Assembly (NCBI GenBank): GCA_014378765.1
Contig: JACMNA010000028.1
Location: 6,565 to 70,564 of the forward strand
DNA length: 64,000 nt
Reading direction: 5' to 3'
From: Bdellovibrio sp.
GTDB taxonomy: Bacteria; Bdellovibrionota; Bdellovibrionia; Bdellovibrionales; Bdellovibrionaceae
The notes beneath the pieces are model-generated. The model was not told the DNA's origin. It made no database searches and saw only the letters and a list, made by a program, of their open reading frames with translations. Each line of letters begins with the position of its first letter. Within the stretch, counting starts at the first letter, position 1. Of this stretch, positions 18,361 to 28,013 are shown one piece after another. Position numbers and translations under genes: made by a program.

Positions 18361-18963
18361 ATGGATGAAGCAACCAAAAATAATCGATATCGAATATCTG
18401 ATGGAAAAAGCTGGATAGAAGTGCGGGTTAAGGTTGCTCAACAACTTTTTGATGTACGAGATCCTGCACCGTTTCACGACCGTGATTTAGATGATGACTT
18501 TGTAGATTACATTTTAGCTTCAGCCCGCGAATTTTCGCGTGCCATACCTTTTAAAATTGTAATCTATATTGAATCGGGTGAAACGCGCGAACTGCCTAAG
18601 CAAGCCATCCGTGAAGCCATTCACAATTTTTTTGAATTTCAAGCCGAACATCAGCGCTTAGCCCTTAAAACTTTTTTGCGACGAGCCCAAGTTTTTTTGA
18701 TTATTGGATTAGTCATGTTGGGTACTTGCTTAAGTCTTTCACAAGCCTTAGGTAGCAGCTTAAGTGGCCCCTTAACGGGCTACGGAATTTTACGCGAAGG
18801 ATTATTAATATTTGGGTGGGTGTCGATTTGGCGTCCAATTGAATTAATTCTTTACGATTGGTACCCACTGTATGAAAAACTTCGTTTTTACCGAAAAATT
18901 TCGGCATCAGAAATTGATGTGCAATTTCCTAAGGTGACTCCTGTTACTCAATCAGTTTCATAA
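18361..18963 (+). CDS. membrane protein of unknown function
   Basis: ATG at 18361 preceded by GAGGG. Soluble N-domain followed by two TM helices. The track start at 18283 is less likely. Confidence 0.5.
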   Translation: MDEATKNNRYRISDGKSWIEVRVKVAQQLFDVRDPAPFHDRDLDDDFVDYILASAREFSRAIPFKIVIYIESGETRELPKQAIREAIHNFFEFQAEHQRLALKTFLRRAQVFLIIGLVMLGTCLSLSQALGSSLSGPLTGYGILREGLLIFGWVSIWRPIELILYDWYPLYEKLRFYRKISASEIDVQFPKVTPVTQSVS

Positions 18964-18989
18964 AAAAAAGCGGAGCCCTAAAGCTCCGC
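18962..18989 (-). terminator. rho-independent terminator between convergent genes
   Basis: GCGGAGC (18970-18976) pairs with GCTCCGC (18983-18989). An eight-A run on the plus strand gives the T-tract for the minus-strand gene 19026-19352. Confidence 0.65.
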
Positions 18990-19025
18990 CAATTAAAAGT
19001 TACTTAATAACTAACCTTTTGAAGA

Positions 19026-19352
19026 CTATTTGCCAGTGCCGCCACCAACATTGGTGCCTGGAGCTTGCGTCGAACCTTGTGGTTTCGCGCCATGCTCAGA
19101 TCCGTTACCCGCGCCAACTGAATGAGCGCCTTTGCCCATTGAACCCTTCATTGCGCGACGAGATTTTTTCATCGCAGAAGGTTGTTCCATTTGTGGTTTT
19201 GCACCGTTTGGTCCACCGTTACCGGCGCCAACGTTGTGTGAACTTTCAGTGTTAGCACCAGAAGTTGTAGTCGTAGCTGTTTCTGCCATTGCAGAAGCGC
19301 CTAGTAATAGTACAGCTGCGGTAGCTATTAATGACTTTGTTAAAGTGTTCAT
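19026..19352 (-). CDS. exported Gly/Asn-rich repeat protein
   Basis: Signal peptide ending SAMA. Two 17-aa repeats (SHNVGAGNGGPNGAKPQ and AHSVGAGNGSEHGAKPQ). GAAGGGA Shine-Dalgarno. Confidence 0.55.
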   Translation of the reverse strand: MNTLTKSLIATAAVLLLGASAMAETATTTTSGANTESSHNVGAGNGGPNGAKPQMEQPSAMKKSRRAMKGSMGKGAHSVGAGNGSEHGAKPQGSTQAPGTNVGGGTGK

Positions 19353-19799
19353 GTGTATCCCTTCGTTATGTGAGAAATTGCTTTCCCAGTTAATATTTCA
19401 ATAATTAACCTAAGTAGATACAGACCTTTTCATAAGGTCAAATTATTTTTTAGAGTGGCAAATCGGGTTTATTAAAAAGTACGTTGGGTAAATCCTAAAT
19501 GTTTCAATTGCAACGAAAAGCATTATTAAAAATTTTCTTCATCTATTTTTATAATTTGGCATAGAAGTAAAATTTGTTTGTTCGACCACCGTGAAAAAAA
19601 GATCTGTCGAAAAATTAGTCGCGCAAGAAGTGTCGCCTTGTTTACAAATATCGTCGCATCCGCCAGGTAAAATCTTAAAAAATCAGTCTCAAATTGATTC
19701 AGTTCAATTTCAGTCAAAATCGGGCGGCGGCCACCAGCTTGCTTTAAATGGACCCGGGAGACTTTAACAACACTTCCGAAAACGGAAAAAGAGGAAAAT

Positions 19800-20492
19800 A
19801 TGGGATTTTTTACAAACATGATTCAGGCTTTTAATCACGGTGGGTTCGTAATGTGGGTGATCTTCGCGGGTCAAATGGTATCGATCGCGATCATCGCAGA
19901 GCGCGTTTATGCTCTTTATATTAAGCGTACTTTAAACAATCGCGAAACGGCGAAAAGCTTAGAAGAAGAAATTAAAAAAGGTCAATTAGAGCAAGTCATT
20001 AAGAAGACGCAGCTTTTATCTGGCTCGGGCAGTGCCATCGGTAAGACGATCTTAGCGGGAACACAAGCGGCCCGTAACCACGGCGGCAACGAAGAAATTC
20101 AATCAAAAATGGATGAAGTTTTATTAGCTGAAGGTTCGGTATTAGAAAAACGCACGGGTTTTCTTGCGGCCATCGGTAATATTGGAACTTTAGCCGGCCT
20201 ACTAGGTACGATCATTGGTTTAATCGATTCTTTCCAAGCCGTGGCGAATAGCAATCCGGTTGAGAAAGCCGCTTTATTATCAAACGGTATTTCAATGGCG
20301 ATGCACGCGACCGCTTACGGCTTAATTATGGCGATTCCGGCGTTGATCATGTTTGCAGTTTTACAAAACCGTGCGAACGCCTTAGCCGACGATTTAAATC
20401 AATCGGCGTTAATGGTGTCTAACTGGTTATCGTATAACTACGAGCCGATGAAAGACAAAACCACTCGTCGTGCGTCGAACTTAAACAATTAA
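19800..20492 (+). CDS. MotA/TolQ/ExbB proton-channel family protein (AglR-like)
   Basis: Three TM helices. GNIGTLAGLLGTIIGLI and AMHATAYGLIMAIPALIMF are family signatures. Confidence 0.85.
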   Translation: MGFFTNMIQAFNHGGFVMWVIFAGQMVSIAIIAERVYALYIKRTLNNRETAKSLEEEIKKGQLEQVIKKTQLLSGSGSAIGKTILAGTQAARNHGGNEEIQSKMDEVLLAEGSVLEKRTGFLAAIGNIGTLAGLLGTIIGLIDSFQAVANSNPVEKAALLSNGISMAMHATAYGLIMAIPALIMFAVLQNRANALADDLNQSALMVSNWLSYNYEPMKDKTTRRASNLNN

Positions 20493-20525
20493 TTAATATC
20501 GTCTAACGAAGATTCGGGGTTTCAA

Positions 20526-20981
20526 ATGGGAATGTCACAAGGTCCGCAAAGTAAAAAGAACTTAAACGTTGAACTGAATTTGCTTCCAGTTTTTGACGTC
20601 TTGTCGGTTTGTATCTGCTTTCTTTTAATGACCGTGGTGTGGGTAGAAATTCGCGCCATGGAAACAAAGCAAGCCATCGGCGGGCAGTCAAAGGCCGAGA
20701 CCGACAAAACCGCTAGCGTTTGGTTAACCATCGATGAAGCCAACAATGTGGTTGTGGTGCTGAAACCAACGTCGGGTGCTGAATCACGAATGGTGATTGC
20801 AGGTCGTGGTGGAGTCATTGATTACGCTCGCGCGAAATTAGTTTTAGCGTCGGCTTTTTCACGTAACGTGCGCGCCACGCACATTCTGCCAGCGAAAACG
20901 ACGAAGTATGATCAAGTTATCAAATTAATGGATATCGCAAAGCAAGTGGGAATTCAGAATATTGGTTTATCGCCGATCTAG
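20526..20981 (+). CDS. ExbD/TolR family protein
   Basis: N-terminal LNLLPVFDVLSVCICFLLMT TM segment plus a periplasmic ExbD-like domain. Confidence 0.75.
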   Translation: MGMSQGPQSKKNLNVELNLLPVFDVLSVCICFLLMTVVWVEIRAMETKQAIGGQSKAETDKTASVWLTIDEANNVVVVLKPTSGAESRMVIAGRGGVIDYARAKLVLASAFSRNVRATHILPAKTTKYDQVIKLMDIAKQVGIQNIGLSPI

Positions 20982-21005
20982 GTTGTAACCAGAAAAGAAG
21001 GACTT

Positions 21006-21479
21006 ATGAAAGCCAGCGTATTAAAAAAATTAAAAATGCACGCACCACTTCGGTCGATGAAACGTTTGCACGGTGACGGTGGATCAGGTAAAGAGAAATC
21101 ATTATTTTTCTCGTTGAACTTAACAACTCTGATCGATGCTTTTTGTATTTTAGTTATTTTCTTATTATCAAATATGAATAGCCGCGTTCAAACGATTCAA
21201 GAGAATCAAAAAGTTGTCTTACCAGTTGCCGTACAAACGGAAGCCTTAGATCAAGGTTTAGTCGTGCGCATTGAGCAGGGTCAGTTCTATTTAGAAGATA
21301 AATTGATTACTAAGCCTAACTTAGCGCAAGCGATCTTAAGCGCCAAAAAAACCACTTTAAGTTCTTTAATCATTCAGGCCGATCGCCAGTCTGATTACGA
21401 AAATATTGCTTTAGTTCTGCGCGCGGGTGGTCAAGCCGGATATGAAAAGTACATTTTTGCAGTAATGCCGGGGACGTAA
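21006..21479 (+). CDS. ExbD/TolR family protein
   Basis: LNLTTLIDAFCILVIFLL TM segment plus a periplasmic domain ending YEKYIFAV. Confidence 0.75.
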   Translation: MKASVLKKLKMHAPLRSMKRLHGDGGSGKEKSLFFSLNLTTLIDAFCILVIFLLSNMNSRVQTIQENQKVVLPVAVQTEALDQGLVVRIEQGQFYLEDKLITKPNLAQAILSAKKTTLSSLIIQADRQSDYENIALVLRAGGQAGYEKYIFAVMPGT

Positions 21480-21481
21480 TT

Positions 21482-24469
21482 ATGAAAAACTTTGGGGCGT
21501 TAGTAATTAAATTTTTAATTCTAAGCTCGGTCAGTAACTATGCATTTGCGTCGAAACTTGATCTAGCCACTCACAACAGTTTAATTCAAAAATTAGAATC
21601 AGCTTCTGGCGTGGGTTGGTCCGATGCCATGCTATTACAAACGAACATGGCGTACCGCTTAGCCGGTCTTTACGCGGAGCGCGCCCGTATCTTATCGATG
21701 GATGAAGAAGGCCGTGGCGAGCAAATTCACGCCAAAAAAATTGCGGCCGATCGCGCGAAATCAGTTTCAATACTAAATAAAGTTTTAAAATCGCTAGATA
21801 AAGAGACGCGCGGACCAGCCCTTTTGCAAATCGCGCATTTACATATTTTACAAGGTCAGCCGAAGCAAGCCTTAGCGATCTTTGCGCAAATCGAAAAAAG
21901 CCCGGCACAGTACGACGGGCGTACGTTAGCTTTGGTTGAAGTGCAGTTAGGCGACGTGGCTTTTTCGCGTGGTGAGTTACCGCAAGCTAAAACTCACTTT
22001 GAAAAAGCGTTAAAAATAAAAGAAAATCCACGTCGTGGGTACTGCCAATTTCGTATTGCTTGGGTGAATTACACTCAAGGTGATACGGCCTTAGCCGAAA
22101 AACAGTTAGTTCAACTTTTAAAAACTCCACAAAACTTCACATCACCAACGGGCGTACTTGAAATTTCTTTTCAAGAAGAAGTATCGCATGATTTAGCTTT
22201 GTTTATGGCTAAAAACAAAATTACGGATTCAAACTTAAATGCGCTATCGTCTTTAAGCCCAGAAAACTCTCGTAAAAAGAATTTAATATTTCTAGCTTCT
22301 GAACTAGACCGAACCGCGCAAAAAATCGCGGCGTTGAAAGTTTGGAAAATGATTGGTAGCACTGTAATTACATTTGCTGACCAGTTAGAGCGTCAAATTC
22401 AAGTGACCCGCATTGAGTATGATCTTGGCCACAAAAATGGCGTCATTGATGAAATGCAGCGTTCAATCGCTTTACTTAAAAATGAAGCGTGCGTAAAAAA
22501 TGACGAGTGCGTTGTTGCGACTCAAAACTTACGCCGGGTCTTAACCGACTGGGCTAAAGCGGAAGAGCGCGCGCCGTCGGCGGAAGTATTATTAGCTTTT
22601 CAAATTTATGTCATGTCGATTGACGACGCCGAAATTGCTTACTGGGGCGCTACGGCCGCATACAACCGCCAACAATTTGCCACCGCGTTTAAATTTTACG
22701 ACCGCACGATCTTATTGTTACAAAACATTCAGAAAAAATCTGAGACCCAGAAAAAAATGTTTGAAGGTTCGCTATTAGGTGCAATTGAAGTGGCCGAATT
22801 AGCTAAGAATCCAGAATTACGATTACAAGCTTATAAAAAATATTTAGAAGTAAACCCTGAAGGTATTAAAAGTAATGAAGTTCGTTACCTAATTGCGCAT
22901 TGGTACTATGAGAAAAACGATTATGCGCAGGCGATGACGGCCTTTGTCGCGATTGTTAATAATCCAAAAATGCCAATGGAACTGCGTCAAAAATCGGGCG
23001 ACTTAGCACTGGATTCTGAAGTGCTTTTAAAAAATGAAACCGCAATTGAAGCCCGCGCGTTGCAACTAGCCCAGGCTTTGCCTGCGAAAAAGAATGAATA
23101 TTTAAGTGTTTACCGCAAATCGATCTTAAACCAGTCAGCGGCAATATTGAACCAGGCGCAAACGGCCACCTACGTTTCGCACTTAAAAAAATTGGATTCA
23201 ATCGAGCTGAAAAACTTTTTGCCATTAGAAGCCAAGCAAGTGGTTAAAAACAAAATTGAATTAGCATACCGTCTGCAAGATATTGAAATTTTAAGTAAAA
23301 ACGCGAAACTTTATTTAACTTTAAAGCCCTTAACAGTTGAAGAGCGTTTAATGGCGATGCACCACCTAGCGTGGATTGCAGAAATTAGAATGAATTTTAA
23401 AGAAGCTTTATCTCTGCTTTATAAAATGAAGCCTGAGTCTAAGCACTTAGCTGATTACCATTTAAAAATCGCAACATTAAAAGAGTTAGCTAATGAAAAC
23501 CCAACTGCGGCGTACGAAAACTTCATCGCACTTTCGAATAATCAAGTTAAGCGTGCATTTGCGGCTTACCAAATTGTGATCTTCAGCAAAAACCCAATGA
23601 AGGCTTATAAGAAATATGAGTCTTTACTGAGCCATAATCAGCCCTTATTAAGCTCGGCTGGAATTTTTGTTTTTGAAAAAAGCAATAGCCCGCAAATTTT
23701 CAAATCAATGATGGCGCGAAAGGCTGTTCGTAACTCTTTTAACGGACAACTTTTAAGCCACTCAGTATTACTAAAAGAATTGTCGACCCTACAAAGCGAA
23801 ATTAGTAAGGCGAAACTTAAAGGCCGCTCTGACAACTCATTAAAGAAGACTCTAGTTATGCGTAACTCAATGCTGAAGAAGCTTGAAACTTTAGCGAATC
23901 GTGCGATCAAACAAAAAGACACTTCAATGCAATTAATTTATTTAGCTAGCGTAAGTGATGAAAACAGCCGTTTAGCCAAAGAAATTTTAGCTTTACCGCT
24001 TCCGCGCGGGCTTAAGCCAAACGAACGCGCCGAATATCAAGCTCAAGTTCAAACTTTAGTTACACCTTACCAGACGCAGGCTGATGCGATTAAACAAAAA
24101 ACAAAAGAACTTTGGCAGCAAGCCATCGAGCAAAATAGTTTGCAAGTATTAGGTGAAACTCGCGTCGCAAAAAATAAACCGGGCAGTCGTTTGGCCGAAC
24201 AAGAAGTGGCCTTTTTGCGCGCGTCAGCTGGTCGCTTAGGGCTTGCCACAGACCTTTTTGAAAAAATTTCTGAACAACAACAAAAAACGTTATCGGAAGC
24301 AAAATCGTTAAAAGAAAAGTTACAGGCCGATCCATTTAACGTGAGTGATTTAGCTAAGTTAAAGAATCTGCAAGTGACGCTGAAAAGTGGCCCTATGGTT
24401 GCTTACTTAGATAGTAGATTGTCAGTCATAAAATCGTCGGGTTCTGGTCTTAAAAGGGGGAAGAATTGA
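21482..24469 (+). CDS. large exported TPR-repeat protein (GltD/GltE-like)
   Basis: Signal peptide ending NYAFA. 995 aa, helical repeat-rich with TPR-like segments (e.g. ALLQIAHLHILQGQPKQALAIFAQI). Confidence 0.6.
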   Translation: MKNFGALVIKFLILSSVSNYAFASKLDLATHNSLIQKLESASGVGWSDAMLLQTNMAYRLAGLYAERARILSMDEEGRGEQIHAKKIAADRAKSVSILNKVLKSLDKETRGPALLQIAHLHILQGQPKQALAIFAQIEKSPAQYDGRTLALVEVQLGDVAFSRGELPQAKTHFEKALKIKENPRRGYCQFRIAWVNYTQGDTALAEKQLVQLLKTPQNFTSPTGVLEISFQEEVSHDLALFMAKNKITDSNLNALSSLSPENSRKKNLIFLASELDRTAQKIAALKVWKMIGSTVITFADQLERQIQVTRIEYDLGHKNGVIDEMQRSIALLKNEACVKNDECVVATQNLRRVLTDWAKAEERAPSAEVLLAFQIYVMSIDDAEIAYWGATAAYNRQQFATAFKFYDRTILLLQNIQKKSETQKKMFEGSLLGAIEVAELAKNPELRLQAYKKYLEVNPEGIKSNEVRYLIAHWYYEKNDYAQAMTAFVAIVNNPKMPMELRQKSGDLALDSEVLLKNETAIEARALQLAQALPAKKNEYLSVYRKSILNQSAAILNQAQTATYVSHLKKLDSIELKNFLPLEAKQVVKNKIELAYRLQDIEILSKNAKLYLTLKPLTVEERLMAMHHLAWIAEIRMNFKEALSLLYKMKPESKHLADYHLKIATLKELANENPTAAYENFIALSNNQVKRAFAAYQIVIFSKNPMKAYKKYESLLSHNQPLLSSAGIFVFEKSNSPQIFKSMMARKAVRNSFNGQLLSHSVLLKELSTLQSEISKAKLKGRSDNSLKKTLVMRNSMLKKLETLANRAIKQKDTSMQLIYLASVSDENSRLAKEILALPLPRGLKPNERAEYQAQVQTLVTPYQTQADAIKQKTKELWQQAIEQNSLQVLGETRVAKNKPGSRLAEQEVAFLRASAGRLGLATDLFEKISEQQQKTLSEAKSLKEKLQADPFNVSDLAKLKNLQVTLKSGPMVAYLDSRLSVIKSSGSGLKRGKN

Positions 24470-24753
24470 AAACTAAAATCGTAATTGCCATTCTAATTTC
24501 AGCTTTTACTTTTGAAGTCTTAGCGAAAACTAAAACTCAAAATTCAAAACCTCATGTTAAACCCGTTGCTAGCAAATTAACAAATAGCAAATTAAGTACA
24601 GATGTTAAATTCGATGGCCAGATGGTGGGCGGAAAGCTGCAATCACCATTTGAATCTTTAGCCGTCGTTGAAAATGAAAAAACAATTGATGATTTAATTG
24701 GTGTCCGCAAAAACTTTTCGGATCGCAGTGAAAAGTCTAAAGGGATGAGGTAG
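24466..24753 (+). CDS. small exported protein (GltF-like position)
   Basis: TTG start overlapping the upstream TGA (TTGA). Signal peptide KTKIVIAILISAFTFEVLA. Confidence 0.45.
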   Translation: MKTKIVIAILISAFTFEVLAKTKTQNSKPHVKPVASKLTNSKLSTDVKFDGQMVGGKLQSPFESLAVVENEKTIDDLIGVRKNFSDRSEKSKGMR

Positions 24754-24755
24754 TC

Positions 24756-25907
24756 ATGTTTTACTTAAAAGATATCGATGGTCAGGTTGTGCGCGCGATT
24801 GATTGGTCTGATGATCAAATTACCGCGATCTTACGCGAAGACACTCTGCGCGTTGAATTAACGGAAGACCTTTCTTATTACGATGATTTAAAAATCAAGT
24901 ACACAATCTTAGACGTCATTAAAAAAAGCGATTTAGATAAAAATAAATCGCACCAGATTAAACAGCTTAAAGGCCATTTAACCTTAGTTAGTGAAGATGG
25001 CGAAATTTTAGAAAACGTGGCTTTGCCCGTTGATGACCAAAAGCAATTCGCCATGATTGCCAAGCGCACGGCGCAAGTGGCGGCCGGTATTGCAGTAGTT
25101 CTATTTGGTCTTACTTTTTTAGTAAAACCTCAAACCAAGCCTGAACTAGAAGTCGTTCAAGTGATGGACCGCCAACAAATTGAAAAAATCGTAGCCGTGC
25201 CGGTATCTCCGGTTAAACCGGTGGCCCGCGTGTCTCCGAAGTATGCGCAAAAAGTAAAAACTGTGAAGGTAAAACAAGCGCAAGCCGTGGTTAAACCAAG
25301 TGGCGTGTTAGGCGTTTTAGGTAGTCTTAAAAATTCGAAACAACGTGGTGGCCTAAAACTTAACGATGCGCAAGCCTCGGCGGGTATCGGTCGCGGTGGT
25401 ACTGAGGGCAGCGGCGGAGTGCAAACTTCGGTTTACGCTAAAGGTATGTTTTCAGCTCCAGTCGGTACGGGCGGTAAAGTGAATGGTGCCGGCGGATACG
25501 GAACACGCGGTAAAGGCGGCGGCCAAGCGGGTTACGGTAAAATTAGTCTAGTGGGTTCAGGCGGCGCATTTTTTACGCCGGTTGAAAGTGAAGCCTTAGT
25601 TGGTGGCGGATTAGATCGCAATGAAATTCCGGCCGTCATTAACCGACATTTAAGCGAAGTGCGATTTTGCTACGAGCAAGGCTTACAGCAAAAACCTAAG
25701 TTAGCGGGTCGCCTCTCAATGAATTTTATGATCGGGCCTAACGGCGCTGTAGCCTCAGCTAAAGTAATGAATTCAAGTTTAAACCACGCGGTGGTTGAAG
25801 GCTGCATTCGCGATCGGCTTAAAACTTGGAATTTTCCAAAACCAGTTGGCGGCGTCACGGTGAAAGTTTCTTATCCATTTATACTTAAACGCGTTAGCGA
25901 TTCTTAG
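24756..25907 (+). CDS. AgmX/PglI (GltG)-like TonB-type envelope-spanning protein
   Basis: Single TM, Pro/Lys/Val-rich linker, Gly-rich tract and the C-terminus IPAVINRHLSEVRFCYEQGL...CIRDRLKTWNFPKPVGGVTVKVSYPFILK, typical of the AgmX/PglI C-terminal domain. Confidence 0.65.
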   Translation: MFYLKDIDGQVVRAIDWSDDQITAILREDTLRVELTEDLSYYDDLKIKYTILDVIKKSDLDKNKSHQIKQLKGHLTLVSEDGEILENVALPVDDQKQFAMIAKRTAQVAAGIAVVLFGLTFLVKPQTKPELEVVQVMDRQQIEKIVAVPVSPVKPVARVSPKYAQKVKTVKVKQAQAVVKPSGVLGVLGSLKNSKQRGGLKLNDAQASAGIGRGGTEGSGGVQTSVYAKGMFSAPVGTGGKVNGAGGYGTRGKGGGQAGYGKISLVGSGGAFFTPVESEALVGGGLDRNEIPAVINRHLSEVRFCYEQGLQQKPKLAGRLSMNFMIGPNGAVASAKVMNSSLNHAVVEGCIRDRLKTWNFPKPVGGVTVKVSYPFILKRVSDS

Positions 25908-25935
25908 GCTCTAGATTTTAATTGGGGGAGTGAAT

Positions 25936-27279
25936 ATGAAAAAAACGACGGGAATAGAAATGAAAAATAATTTAGTATTAATTTTACCAACACTTTTGGT
26001 GTTAAGTTTGCTTTCGGCGTGCGGAAGCTCAAAGTCAGATCCACTTGATAAATATAAAGATATTAAGGCTGTGCCAGCAAATAACGAAAAAGCGCAAACG
26101 CAAAAAGTGGCGCGTCCTGACTTATTTTCAATCGAAGTCGAAGGCACAAACGAAGTGAACCTAGGAAATTTTGTTGAAGGTCAGCCATCAACGGTGTTGG
26201 TGCGCATAACTCCAAAAACCGCTTCAATCCAAAAGTTTTCAGTTCGATTATCTGATTTTACGAATTCTTCACGTCCTGAATTAACTGGAACTCCTGCACC
26301 AGGCGTTTTTGCGTTAACTTGGACTGCAGCTCTAGGTACAATTCCGGCGGGCCAGTTTGCAATGCAGTTTAAAGCTGAAATCGAAGCCACCGTCGTGGGA
26401 AGCGCTAACCCGCGCTTGAATGGAATTAGTAATTCGAAATCAATCAATGTAACCGTCAGTCGAAATAGTTCTCAACCAAAAATTACCGGCCGTTCAAGTT
26501 TAACCAAGGGAGTTGACGAAGGACAAGCACTGCCATTTACAATTGATGTAACCGATCCGGCTAGTCTTAATCATGTTAGTTTACCTGAAATGCAGATTAC
26601 CCCGTACGTCAATTCTAATACCGAATCTTATCATGCGGATGGATCTAGTTATTTAGTTTATGATGATCGCCGAAAAGAAAATCCAGAAAAGCTTTCGCCT
26701 ACAACGTATCGCTTTCATTATATTCTTAAAGTTGATCAATTACCTTTAGACCGTGATCGCCAGGGTAAAGATATTGCGGCCGCAGCTGATGTTGATATGT
26801 GCTTTCAAATGCGGGCCATCAGCGCTGTTGGTACAATGTCAGACCAACTGCAAGTTTGTACGAAGGCTCGATATGCAGCTCAACCGCCAATGATCGCTTT
26901 TGATAGCCAATTACCAAATGAATTTAAAGCGGGCCAAGCCGTGACCATTCAGTTGAAAGTTGCCACCGAGCATCCAAAAAGCGTAATCAACATATCGAAA
27001 CCAAATGCTTTGATCGCTTCTTTAAGCGGTCAAAAAGAAATCGCTTGTGCAGTTGAAGTAGCCGATAAAAAGAATTCACAAATTTGTGTTATCAAGTGGA
27101 CTCCGGCCTGCACTGATAAGAACGTGACGATGAACATTCCGGTTAAAGCTGAATCATCATTAGGCGGAAAAATAAAATCAATCACCGTGGTTAAATCCGT
27201 GACGGTTGTGCCAGGTGAAGAATGCGTAGTGGTTCCGGCCATAAAAAAACCAGCGCCCGTTAAAAAGGGGAGCAAATAA
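25936..27279 (+). CDS. lipoprotein with Ig-like beta-rich repeats
   Basis: ATG at 25936 preceded by GGGGGAG. Lipobox LLSAC. No family recognised. Confidence 0.5.
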   Translation: MKKTTGIEMKNNLVLILPTLLVLSLLSACGSSKSDPLDKYKDIKAVPANNEKAQTQKVARPDLFSIEVEGTNEVNLGNFVEGQPSTVLVRITPKTASIQKFSVRLSDFTNSSRPELTGTPAPGVFALTWTAALGTIPAGQFAMQFKAEIEATVVGSANPRLNGISNSKSINVTVSRNSSQPKITGRSSLTKGVDEGQALPFTIDVTDPASLNHVSLPEMQITPYVNSNTESYHADGSSYLVYDDRRKENPEKLSPTTYRFHYILKVDQLPLDRDRQGKDIAAAADVDMCFQMRAISAVGTMSDQLQVCTKARYAAQPPMIAFDSQLPNEFKAGQAVTIQLKVATEHPKSVINISKPNALIASLSGQKEIACAVEVADKKNSQICVIKWTPACTDKNVTMNIPVKAESSLGGKIKSITVVKSVTVVPGEECVVVPAIKKPAPVKKGSK

Positions 27280-28013
27280 TGAAAACATTTATCTCGCATT
27301 CAGTTTTAATCACTCTAGCAGCCACCTTATTAAATATAAGTGCCGCTTACGGCGAAACAAAATCTTTGAAATCAGATTTTAAAACTTTAGGTGATAACCA
27401 AGAAGTAATCGACCGGGTACAAAAGCTTGATAGTCGTCAAAAAGTTCGCGTCGTGCAAAACCGTATGATGGATCGTAATAATCGAGTAGAAGTGGCAATG
27501 ACTTTCGGTGCCTTATCCGGTGCCGATGCTTACGTAGACACTAAAAACTTGGGTGGCATGCTTCAGTATCACTTAACGCCGCGCTGGTCATTTGGCGTGG
27601 GTTACGAAAAAGCTTACAATAATTTAAATTCTGAGGGAACTCGCCTTTATGACAAAGCCGCAAACTGCCAACGCACGGGCACATGTAACGATGAATTTCC
27701 AAAAATAGACTCTCCGATCGATACAAAGTTAGTGTCAGTTTCTTTTTACCCAATTTACGGTAAATTAAATATGTTTGATTCTGGCATCGCGCAATTTGAT
27801 ATTTTTACGACGCTAGCTTACGGACAAAAAACTTTAAAATCTGGTAACAGCGATGTTATTGCCGGAAGTCTTGGTGCCGGAGTTTGGTTAAACAGTTTTC
27901 TAACGGCTCGAATTGAGGGTCGCTATGAATCTTACCATGACTTATTACAAACTGAGAATCGTTCACAAAGCGGAATGTCAGTCATTGGTAGCGTCGGAGC
28001 GATGATATGGTAA
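27279..28013 (+). CDS. outer-membrane beta-barrel protein (GltA/B/H-like, OMP_myx_plus-type)
   Basis: Signal peptide. VVQNRMMDRNNRVEVAMTFG...YHLTPRWSFGVGY resembles the myxobacterial OMP beta-barrel domain. Aromatic C-terminus. Confidence 0.55.
   Translation: MKTFISHSVLITLAATLLNISAAYGETKSLKSDFKTLGDNQEVIDRVQKLDSRQKVRVVQNRMMDRNNRVEVAMTFGALSGADAYVDTKNLGGMLQYHLTPRWSFGVGYEKAYNNLNSEGTRLYDKAANCQRTGTCNDEFPKIDSPIDTKLVSVSFYPIYGKLNMFDSGIAQFDIFTTLAYGQKTLKSGNSDVIAGSLGAGVWLNSFLTARIEGRYESYHDLLQTENRSQSGMSVIGSVGAMIW

Noticed and set aside
19526-19819. 97-aa minus-strand ORF, and a roughly 58-codon GTG ORF on the plus strand, in the 447-bp region upstream of the TolQ-like gene.
   Set aside because: Neither has a ribosome-binding site or a recognisable domain. 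The minus-strand ORF overlaps the start of the TolQ-like gene. The region is more likely promoter and leader.
21531-24335. Several 60-125 aa antisense ORFs inside the 995-aa TPR gene (21531-21908, 22171-22362, 22956-23225, 23638-23922, 24067-24335).
   Set aside because: They are nested within a long, well-supported coding frame on the opposite strand and are Arg/Ser/Phe-rich, so I treated them as shadow ORFs. The same reasoning applies to the other short ORFs nested in the HK, MCP, PLD and Fic genes.
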